Positions 15,544 to 22,836 of a stretch of 24,926 nucleotides of DNA are shown here, in pieces; within the stretch, counting starts at the first letter, position 1; the number at the start of each line of letters is the position of its first letter. The position numbers and the translations under genes are program-made. The DNA is from a virus. Taxonomy: Duplodnaviria; Caudoviricetes. A model generated the notes under the pieces. It saw nothing but the letters and a program-made list of their open reading frames with translations, had not been told where the DNA came from and made no database searches. The stretch lies in IMG/VR virus record IMGVR_UViG_3300005932_000211, positions 1 through 24,926 of that record, one strand, 5' to 3'.

Positions 15544-16916
15544 CAATGGCCCCCGGTTGCTTGCCTCATTACCTTGATCGATGCTCTCAACCCGCCCAAC
15601 TCTTCTGGGGTATGGGTGTAACTTTTCACGCCTAACTCTTCGGCTCTCCGCTTCTGGTGGGCATGGATTATCTGCCCGTCTGTCATGTCGGGGTTGATCG
15701 GGATAAGATCACGCACGACGTCACCGCCGAAGCCTGGGGTGTAGATGCTGGCCCCCAGACTCTTACGCCTGGCTCTCAGGTCCTCCAACTCCGCCTGTAT
15801 CCTTGCGGTTTGTTCTTCTTCCAGCGTTGGGTCGGCCAGTTGGGCCACGAGGCTCTTCTCGTCGTCTCCCATCATCTTGTAACGCTGCACCTTCTTCTTG
15901 TCGTCGGCCTCGTCCATCTCGGGCACGCTCTCTCCCTGGGAGACCGTCTTGTTCATTACTGCCGTGGCGTGCTTATCGTCCATCGAACGGTCCCAAGTGT
16001 CCTGTGTGACGATCGCATCTTGCAAGGCGCGCTCTTTCGCCCGGTCCAGATCCGCACGTACGCTCTCCTTCGTCATGGGCGGGTTCGCTTTCTCTATCTC
16101 CAGACCCTTTTTGCGTAGATCGTTGGCGTCCTCGCGCATCTGCTTGACGCGGCCCTCCGTGCGTGTCTTCTGGTCAGAGAAGCGTTTGTCTCTTGAGGCC
16201 TGGGCCCTCGCCTTGCGGACCTCGGCCAACCCTTCACCACGCCAGACTTTCACCATCGGTTTGCCCCGATGGGCGCCGCCTCGGTACACGCGCCGATCGC
16301 CACCCCTGCCGCCGCGCCGCGTGCCGGCTTCGGTGAACGGGTCCAGACTGGCCTTGGCCCCGCGTCGGCTCTCTTCGGCGTGCAAGGCTTCTTCCATCCG
16401 GTCGGCCTCCTGGCGTAGTTTGCCCGACTGGCCGGCGAACTTCTTTAGCTGCGCGTTGATCTGCTTGTGCTGTTGGTGCGATTTGAGTATTGGAGCCATG
16501 CCCTCCGCTCTCTTCTGCTGGAAGACATTGAACGCTTGCGGGCTCAGGCTTGCCTTGACCTCAGCGAAGGCGCCGCCCTGTGCCTCGGGTGCTCCGCCTG
16601 GCGCCTCGGGTGAGCCTCCGACGTCAGAAGGTGTCGCCCGCGCCTCGAAGGCGGGCCCTTGTCCGCCTGCTCCTACCTCGTCCTGGTACCGGGCGAAGTT
16701 AGCACGGGTCCGGGCGTCAGGAATAAGATCGTCGGGCGTGTACTGTCGTATGCGTGCGCCGTGCGGGCCCAAGCCCTCGAATTGGCCCAGGGGTTCCTTC
16801 TCCTCGGGCCCGTAGTCCGCTGCTGTGACGGCGGGGTTGACCTTGCGCGTCTCGGCCCCTCTCCGCGCGGCCTTACGTTTGCGGGCTTGCTGATTCTGTT
16901 TCCAGGTCCGTGCCAT
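15543..16916 (-). CDS. Putative internal virion/ejection protein (457 aa)
   Basis: AGGAGG upstream. Highly charged, helical, with Arg/Lys-rich tracts. It lies immediately upstream of and coupled to the giant gene. Function is inferred from position. Confidence 0.7.
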   Translation of the reverse strand: MARTWKQNQQARKRKAARRGAETRKVNPAVTAADYGPEEKEPLGQFEGLGPHGARIRQYTPDDLIPDARTRANFARYQDEVGAGGQGPAFEARATPSDVGGSPEAPGGAPEAQGGAFAEVKASLSPQAFNVFQQKRAEGMAPILKSHQQHKQINAQLKKFAGQSGKLRQEADRMEEALHAEESRRGAKASLDPFTEAGTRRGGRGGDRRVYRGGAHRGKPMVKVWRGEGLAEVRKARAQASRDKRFSDQKTRTEGRVKQMREDANDLRKKGLEIEKANPPMTKESVRADLDRAKERALQDAIVTQDTWDRSMDDKHATAVMNKTVSQGESVPEMDEADDKKKVQRYKMMGDDEKSLVAQLADPTLEEEQTARIQAELEDLRARRKSLGASIYTPGFGGDVVRDLIPINPDMTDGQIIHAHQKRRAEELGVKSYTHTPEELGGLRASIKVMRQATGGH

Positions 16917-16919
16917 CGC

Positions 16920-17693
16920 CTATGCCCCTCCTGTCCTGTCTGGGTTATCCCGCGCCCAAGTCGGGTTAGCGCCGAAGTCTATCCCATCGTCCAGGCCGAG
17001 CATCTCCAGAAGTTCGTTGTAGACCTGCGCGAAGGGATCTGTCGGGTCCGTGGGAATCGCGCCAATCCCAGTGAGCAAGGACATTAGGCTGTCTTGGCCG
17101 CCAATCGCCTGGTCGCCGAAGATCCTCTGGCGCTGGTTGTCGTCGCCCAGTAGTCCCATGAACATGTCGCCGGCGGAATTGTTGCGTGCGCGTTCGTCGC
17201 CGAGAAGGCCCAGGTGCATGTTGTCGGTGATCTGCTGAAACGTGCCCTCTAAGCCACCGAGGCCCATCATCTGATCGCGGTGCTGGAACTCCGCTGCACG
17301 GTCCTGCTCCGCTACCATGATGTCGGCTTCGCCCATCTGCTTTGTGGCTTCGCTCTGACCACCAGCACGGATGTTCGCCGCTGACCTGGCGTACCCTGGA
17401 TCGCTGACGTTGCCGCCAAACGACCTGGCCAGACCTTCGAGCGCGTTGTCCGTCCCTGCCTTGGCGCCGCCGGCAGCTCTCGAGTACAGGTGCGAGAGCT
17501 TCTCGTCGCTCATGCCCTCAGGAGCGCCACTTGCAAGCGTCTTGCTCAGTGCGTCGTAGTTGGGACGCCCACGGTCGGGAGCCGTCAAGGCGCTGGGTGG
17601 CGCGAAGCCTTGGGAGAAGTCCTTGGCCTGGCCCCGTCGCGCCGGGTCATGCTGTGCGCCCCTCGTGCTGACTGTCGGGTTCTTTCTTGGCAT
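16920..17693 (-). CDS. Putative small internal virion/ejection (pilot-like) protein (257 aa)
   Basis: AGGAGGG upstream. Gly/Ala/Gln/Met-rich with GLGG/GLLG repeats, as in small podoviral ejection proteins. It is the first of three genes of increasing size. Confidence 0.7.
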   Translation of the reverse strand: MPRKNPTVSTRGAQHDPARRGQAKDFSQGFAPPSALTAPDRGRPNYDALSKTLASGAPEGMSDEKLSHLYSRAAGGAKAGTDNALEGLARSFGGNVSDPGYARSAANIRAGGQSEATKQMGEADIMVAEQDRAAEFQHRDQMMGLGGLEGTFQQITDNMHLGLLGDERARNNSAGDMFMGLLGDDNQRQRIFGDQAIGGQDSLMSLLTGIGAIPTDPTDPFAQVYNELLEMLGLDDGIDFGANPTWARDNPDRTGGA

Positions 17694-17702
17694 GATGCCC
17701 TC

Positions 17703-18206
17703 CTATCGTGATTGCACCGGCGGGAGACGTCGCAGGATCTCGGCGTTGTCTCGTTCCAGTTGCTCCCTTAGACTTCCTAAGTTCCGTTTGTGGCGCATGT
17801 CGCTTGCCGCCATCTCTTCCTTCAAATTGGCGATCTGCTCCCTGTGCGCTAATAGGATCTCTCGGTTGTTCCGCACTTCGCCGGCGATCCCGTCGAGCGT
17901 CCTTTTCTGAGCCATCTTGGCATTGCTCACGGCCTCGTCGACGTTCTTTAACTCGCGGCCTATGCCGACACGGATCTCCGACTTGTCCTTCTTGGCCTGG
18001 TCGCGTACCTTGACTATCTCCCGCTTCTGCGCCGTGTGGTTCCTCGCTATGGCCTCTTCTGTTTTGTTTATCCTGGAACTCGCGTTTGCGCTTATCTCCC
18101 TAATAGACTCTTCCGTTGCGTTCATCTTCTTGACAATAGCCTTGAGCACCGCCTGTTCTTTTGGCGGCGCCTGGGGCTGCTGGGCGGTCTGGTTCTTCCG
18201 CGGCAT
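17703..18206 (-). CDS. Coiled-coil hypothetical protein (167 aa)
   Basis: Fills the gap between neighbours (4 nt and 9 nt spacers). Charged sequence with heptad pattern. Confidence 0.8.
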   Translation of the reverse strand: MPRKNQTAQQPQAPPKEQAVLKAIVKKMNATEESIREISANASSRINKTEEAIARNHTAQKREIVKVRDQAKKDKSEIRVGIGRELKNVDEAVSNAKMAQKRTLDGIAGEVRNNREILLAHREQIANLKEEMAASDMRHKRNLGSLREQLERDNAEILRRLPPVQSR

Positions 18207-18210
18207 AAGA

Positions 18211-18663
18211 CTACCTGGCCCTAATGGCGTCGAGCAACTCGCCCTTGTCTTCAGTCATCTGCTTTTGGAGATCGCTGAGTTCCTTCATGCGCTTCTCGCG
18301 CCCGTCGGCCATCTCATCGTGGACGTCGGAAATCTCCGTAAAGATCTTCTCGCGGGTGTCGGCGAGCCCGGCTTCTGTCTTGTGTTGGCTTACCCTCAGC
18401 GCCCCGATGTCCCTGACGTTCGTGCTGATGCAGGTGTCGCGTGCTCCGTTGGCCCAGGCGAAGGCGCACAGAGTACCAATAGAGCCCAGGAGTAAAACAA
18501 GGATGGTAACGAGGAGCCCCCAGAGCCGCCCCGTTACCGTTTTCTTGCTGTTGCTGATCGCGTCGAAGGTCCGGTCGCGCCTGTCGAGGCAGTCGCCGGT
18601 CAATACGTGGGCGTCGAGCTGCAGCCCGTCTCTATTTTCTCTTAACGGTTTCTTCTTCGCCAT
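18211..18663 (-). CDS. Single-pass membrane protein with C-terminal coiled coil (150 aa), possibly lysis-related
   Basis: GGAGG lies 8 nt before the ATG at 18663. Hydrophobic segment LWGLLVTILVLLLGSIGTLCAFAWA. Confidence 0.75.
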   Translation of the reverse strand: MAKKKPLRENRDGLQLDAHVLTGDCLDRRDRTFDAISNSKKTVTGRLWGLLVTILVLLLGSIGTLCAFAWANGARDTCISTNVRDIGALRVSQHKTEAGLADTREKIFTEISDVHDEMADGREKRMKELSDLQKQMTEDKGELLDAIRAR

Positions 18664-19069
18664 CCTTCGCACCTCCGTCTGGTTGCGTTTGTGCCGGCAT
18701 GGCCTCCATTGGGATACGCTGCGCTGGGTTTACTTCGATAACCAGAACATCGTCGCCCAGTTTATTGTTTGCTGCCCTGATCTCTTGGATCAGCCCGGCG
18801 CGTTGCTGCTTGAGGCGTTCGAGTTCCTGGCGCTTCTGGTCGATAATCGCGTCGAGGGCGCCGATGTTTCTCATAAGGGACAAGCGGAGGCTTCGGGTCT
18901 CCTTCTCTTCCTTCGGCGTCATTTCCGTTTCTGCGATTGCCGGTGTCTTCGCTTCTTTCGTTGCCCGTGCCTCGGACGACAAGCAGGCGATCGTCCAGAC
19001 GGTGAGAAGGATAAGCATCGCCGGCAAGATCATCCTGTCGTACTTGGCGCGTTCTTCTTTTGTCCACAT
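18632..19069 (-). CDS. Signal-peptide or N-terminal TM protein with coiled coil (145 aa)
   Basis: AAGGAG upstream. MILPAMLILLTVWTIACLSSEARA is hydrophobic with an AxA site. Coiled coil LDAIIDQKRQELERLKQQRAGLIQEI. Confidence 0.75.
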   Translation of the reverse strand: MWTKEERAKYDRMILPAMLILLTVWTIACLSSEARATKEAKTPAIAETEMTPKEEKETRSLRLSLMRNIGALDAIIDQKRQELERLKQQRAGLIQEIRAANNKLGDDVLVIEVNPAQRIPMEAMPAQTQPDGGAKDGEEETVKRK

Positions 19070-19082
19070 GGGGGAGGGCTCC

Positions 19083-22000
19083 TTACTGCAAGATGGGCCG
19101 GGCGTGGAACTTTTCCAACGCCTCGAGCCGTTTACGCAGATCCGCTATTTCCTCGTCCTGCGCGTTGATTCTGTTTACCAGAACGTCTTGCACCATGTCC
19201 AGTTGTCCTATCTGAGCGGCTTGGTTCTCGACAAGGCCTTGTTGCTCTTGTAGCGCTTTCCATGCCACTGGAATCAGGAGCGCCGGGACTATTTTGATCT
19301 TGCCCTCCATCGAAGAGCTGGGGTTGGTCTCAATGCGGGCCGCTCGGGGGTAATGCTCCATTACGTCCTGGCCGATGAAGCCATCTTGAAGAGGTACGGT
19401 GGTCCTCCGGTCGTCTGTACCGGCCCGTTTTGTGCTTGAGCCATAAGCGTTCATCTTGTAACGGAACTGCGAAACCGGGAGAGACCTCACTATATCGAGC
19501 GCATTGGTTTCAGAACGTCGAATATCGCTTTTTAGAGATCGGTCAGAACCTTGCTCTAGTTGCAACACGCCAGATATCACCACAAGCCCGCCCTCGTCGC
19601 CGCCATCGCCATCAAGACACTCAAGGAAGGCTCCCTGGACTCCCGCTTGCGTCTGGTCATCCTCGCCTATTTGGAGGGTAATCCCGGTCCGAGTTACATC
19701 GTTCCCGTCGTTAGTGATGGTCAGCGCGTAGCCAGCGGATGCTTTTGTTATATTAAGCCCACCTCCGTTCAAAAACCGCGCAATCTCTGCCGCTCCGTAG
19801 AGAACGATATCGCCACCGCCCCCATCTTGAAGGAGGGTGTCATCCGTATAAGGCGCGGCTATGCCTGTCCCAGCACGACGGAAGTAACTGGTGCCGCCGT
19901 TGGTTGTAAGCATCACACCCGCCCACGCACTCGCGCCGGCGTTCGGATTTTCAACCTTCAAGCGGGTTGCGCCGTTTTGGCTTAGTTCGATATGCACTTC
20001 CTCGTCAATCGTCCCGGTGCCGGGGAAGCCTACTGTAGTGTCAGCGTCTATAGTCATGGCCGTAGCGAGGCCTGTCACGCCATCAGGGTTAGGGGCCACT
20101 CTCACACGAAAAGCGTCATGATTACCGTTCAAGACTCCCGCTGTGATGGTAGCGCCGCCAGAGTTCCCGTTATGGTACATCGTGCCAAAGTATGTCGTCG
20201 GCAGAACTGAAGCATAGTAGAACTTGAAGATATTGTAGGCCGCGCCTTGTAGCGTGAGATTGCCGTCGGCCAGAGTGGACAGAGCAACCGTGAGATCGTC
20301 TGTCACTATGAGGTCGTCGCCAACCGTGAGATCGTCTGTCACTATGAGGTCGTCGCCAACCGTGAGGTCATTGGCAACCGTGATCAACCCAGTTGTCGCA
20401 GTAAGCTCAGCTGTAGAGTTCACCCTGATCTGAGTCGAAAAGGTGGAGTTCAATAGCGTGTACTGGCCGCCGCTGTGATGAATCAAACAGTAATCTGTTG
20501 CCCCGATATGATCCTCATGGCCGAATACTGCATAAGCGGTAGCGGTGGGCCACGCACCGACATAGGCATTATTGACCGTAAGAGGGCCAGTCGGAGCGTC
20601 GATGGCTCCGCTTGCGTCCACGGTCAGCATCGTATGATAGCCCGTCGCCGTCGTGTAGCCTTTCCAGAAGAACGTGGAGTCGTAAGAGCCTGTGCGGTAC
20701 ACCCCGTAGAACATCTCGGCCTGGTGAGGAGCACCGCCGCCCTTATAGCGAGTCTGCGTGAAGTATCCCGCACCATCAGGGATATTGAAGATCATGTCAT
20801 GGAGCGCCTGGTAGGCGCTTGGGTTGTAGGCCGCGACCCCGAGTTCTGTGTTTATCTCAAGCGTCGCGCCGGTAAGAACGTAGGCCGTATGATCGTCGAT
20901 CGTGTGTGCTCCAGCGACAGGAACCGCCTCCCAAGCGACGACCCCTCCGCCATCCGTGGTCAACACTTCACCGTCTGCGCCATCGATTACCGGATACGTG
21001 CAAGCACCAATCGCTACGCCAGCGGCTCCCGTGAACGCCCAGACTCCTGTCCCGCCGTCATATTTGAGACTGTCTGTGTCGGTATCGGGGCCAACGAAGA
21101 GGTCATCTGAAATAGCGGCGAAGGCGTAAGAGTCGATTGCGGTGTCATGGTCAGCGGCGGTTTGCGCGTTAAAACTGCCGCCCGTTGTACTTCCGGCAGC
21201 GTGTCCGTAGGCATAGAACCCTCCGCGAACGGCATCTACCGTGCCGACCCGAAGCGCCGTGTATGAGGTGCCTGAGCCCCTCACATACAAGGATGAGCCA
21301 TCGGTCTCGAAGTCATGATAGTCGGTAGCGGCAACTTTACTAAGACGCAGGGCAGTTCCCCCGGCATCGACAATATCTAAGTCTGCGTCAAGCGTGTAGG
21401 GCGCTGTGTGGCTTACGAGCGTGTGCGCCTCGGCGTGATCTCTCGCCGCGATGTCTACCCCGTCCACCGTGCCGCCAAGCGTGATGTCGTTGGTCACGTA
21501 GAAGCCCGAAGCGTTCATCATGGCCTCACGGACACCGGCATAGAGAAAGTTGAGATTATCGCCGTCGGCTCCGTCAAGCACGAACGATACGTTCGTCGCG
21601 TCGTTGGACAGGTGGTAGTAAGGCGCAGAGTTCGCCGAAGCATCCGTGACGTGGACGTAAGCAGTCTCAGCCGGGGCTGAATAGAAGAGAAACCCGCCAA
21701 CCGTCGTATAGAAGGAAGCAAGCGCGTTCCCCGCGTAGATGCTCAAACTGTTTGTTGGTGTCGAATCGCTGTTGAGGTTCAGCCAGTACGAGTTGTCGGC
21801 CCAGGCTACGATATTGAAGCCGCCGGGGTCCATCAACTGATCGTGGCCGTGCAAGGCGTCGGCGTTGCTCCCGTCCACCAGCGCACCGTCTACGTTTATC
21901 GTCAGGACGTCGCCGGCGATCGCGGTGTCTATGTTCGTCCCACCCGTGAACGTGAAGACGTCCTCGTAGGTGTCGACTGTTGTAGAGCCGGTGTCGGCGT

Positions 22001-22247
22001 TGAACGTGTACCACCTGGTCAAGGTGCCAGTGGTGAGCAACTGGGCGCTATTGAGATACACAACCAAGGCGCCGCCATCGGTCGCCTGGTATGAGACGAA
22101 CGCATCGAACTCTATTAGGTCGGTTGACCAGGACGTCGGGACGCGATGCTGCACAGGAGCGACCATCGGCCAGGTTTGAGAATAGGCGCCAGCAGCAAGC
22201 AGGATCAGCGAGAATACAAGGAGGTACTGAGCGAGTCGGTGTTTCAT
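19083..22247 (-). CDS. Tail fibre/spike protein with C-terminal intramolecular chaperone (peptidase S74), 1054 aa
   Basis: The start is moved to the ATG at 22247 (ATGA overlap with the upstream gene). Thr/Gly/Ala/Asp-rich beta sequence with GTVDGVDIA and His pairs. S74 signature SDRSLK (19530-19547)...FRYK...GFIGQDV...P...LIPVAWKALQE plus a terminal coiled coil. Confidence 0.88.
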   Translation of the reverse strand: MKHRLAQYLLVFSLILLAAGAYSQTWPMVAPVQHRVPTSWSTDLIEFDAFVSYQATDGGALVVYLNSAQLLTTGTLTRWYTFNADTGSTTVDTYEDVFTFTGGTNIDTAIAGDVLTINVDGALVDGSNADALHGHDQLMDPGGFNIVAWADNSYWLNLNSDSTPTNSLSIYAGNALASFYTTVGGFLFYSAPAETAYVHVTDASANSAPYYHLSNDATNVSFVLDGADGDNLNFLYAGVREAMMNASGFYVTNDITLGGTVDGVDIAARDHAEAHTLVSHTAPYTLDADLDIVDAGGTALRLSKVAATDYHDFETDGSSLYVRGSGTSYTALRVGTVDAVRGGFYAYGHAAGSTTGGSFNAQTAADHDTAIDSYAFAAISDDLFVGPDTDTDSLKYDGGTGVWAFTGAAGVAIGACTYPVIDGADGEVLTTDGGGVVAWEAVPVAGAHTIDDHTAYVLTGATLEINTELGVAAYNPSAYQALHDMIFNIPDGAGYFTQTRYKGGGAPHQAEMFYGVYRTGSYDSTFFWKGYTTATGYHTMLTVDASGAIDAPTGPLTVNNAYVGAWPTATAYAVFGHEDHIGATDYCLIHHSGGQYTLLNSTFSTQIRVNSTAELTATTGLITVANDLTVGDDLIVTDDLTVGDDLIVTDDLTVALSTLADGNLTLQGAAYNIFKFYYASVLPTTYFGTMYHNGNSGGATITAGVLNGNHDAFRVRVAPNPDGVTGLATAMTIDADTTVGFPGTGTIDEEVHIELSQNGATRLKVENPNAGASAWAGVMLTTNGGTSYFRRAGTGIAAPYTDDTLLQDGGGGDIVLYGAAEIARFLNGGGLNITKASAGYALTITNDGNDVTRTGITLQIGEDDQTQAGVQGAFLECLDGDGGDEGGLVVISGVLQLEQGSDRSLKSDIRRSETNALDIVRSLPVSQFRYKMNAYGSSTKRAGTDDRRTTVPLQDGFIGQDVMEHYPRAARIETNPSSSMEGKIKIVPALLIPVAWKALQEQQGLVENQAAQIGQLDMVQDVLVNRINAQDEEIADLRKRLEALEKFHARPILQ
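20285..20366. repeat. Perfect 36-bp tandem repeat (2.3 copies) in the tail fibre gene
   Basis: CAACCGTGAGATCGTCTGTCACTATGAGGTCGTCGC at 20285-20320 and 20321-20356, then a partial CAACCGTGAG. It encodes (LTVGDDLIVTDD)n on the - strand. Confidence 0.95.
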
Positions 22248-22834
22248 CGGGTGCTTGCCCTCAGATTGATTTGCAAGACTGCCGGCGCCTTGCCTGTAGC
22301 CGGGTCCATCGACCCTACGAATTGACCAAGTAGTTGAATGACTCCACCTGCGACTGCCTCGCTGGCGACGGTGCCTGGCGTTACGCCCAGGTACATGGGC
22401 TTGCCCTTTGTCGGAGGCGTCGTGAGGCCTGGCGTTACGAGACACCAGGTAGCGCCTGAACTCTTGTAGGTGAACATGCCGCCAGGGGCGCAAGACGACT
22501 CGCAGATCCCCAGAGCCAGTTGATGCGAGCCCCTTACCGCGTGCGCTTTGATAACCTCACCCGAGGTTGTGTCGATCGCGAACGCGTTACCCGAGACGAG
22601 ATCGCCTGGTCCGCTGTTCACCATCTGGTCGAGCGGGTCGTCCACCTGCTTGTCTGGCTGAATCACTCTTCCCGCGTAGTAAGGGACCTCTGGCGTATAT
22701 GCAGGGGTTGACGTCTGGACGAGAAGCCCGTCTGTGTTCATCTCCATGCGCCGCTGCGCTCGGCAGAGTTTGTCGAGAAGCCGGTTGAGATCGAAGTTGC
22801 CCATGTCGGTAGTGCGGAAGATAAACTCAGGCAC
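22244..22834 (-). CDS. Putative virion accessory protein (196 aa) with decoration/fibre-type beta domain
   Basis: The start is moved to GTG at 22834 (GGGGAGG 6 nt upstream, 2 nt after the previous stop). The C-terminal pattern GEVIKA...ALGI...G..MYLG.TPG...Q.LG resembles DUF2190/capsid-fibre-like domains from memory. Confidence 0.7.
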   Translation of the reverse strand: MPEFIFRTTDMGNFDLNRLLDKLCRAQRRMEMNTDGLLVQTSTPAYTPEVPYYAGRVIQPDKQVDDPLDQMVNSGPGDLVSGNAFAIDTTSGEVIKAHAVRGSHQLALGICESSCAPGGMFTYKSSGATWCLVTPGLTTPPTKGKPMYLGVTPGTVASEAVAGGVIQLLGQFVGSMDPATGKAPAVLQINLRASTR

Positions 22835-22836
22835 GG

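Noticed and set aside
16561-16625. GGSPEAPGGAPEAQGGAFAE short peptide repeat
   Set aside because: Degenerate low-complexity linker with no evident separate function.
13144-16815. Further long + strand ORFs (250, 329, 305 aa)
   Set aside because: Antisense shadows with low-information Ser/Arg/Leu-rich translations.
18224-19168. 314-aa + strand ORF over the membrane-protein genes
   Set aside because: The - strand genes have RBSs and tight packing, and this ORF has no recognisable features.
20285-20366. 36-bp repeat as a possible CRISPR array or DGR repeat
   Set aside because: The copies are directly adjacent with no spacers, in frame within a CDS, with no adenine-specific variation and no cas or reverse transcriptase gene in the window.
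22248-22493. 82-aa N-terminal extension of the fibre ORF in the ORF track
   Set aside because: It overlaps the upstream gene in another frame and is Arg-rich nonsense. The ATG at 22247 has an ATGA overlap.
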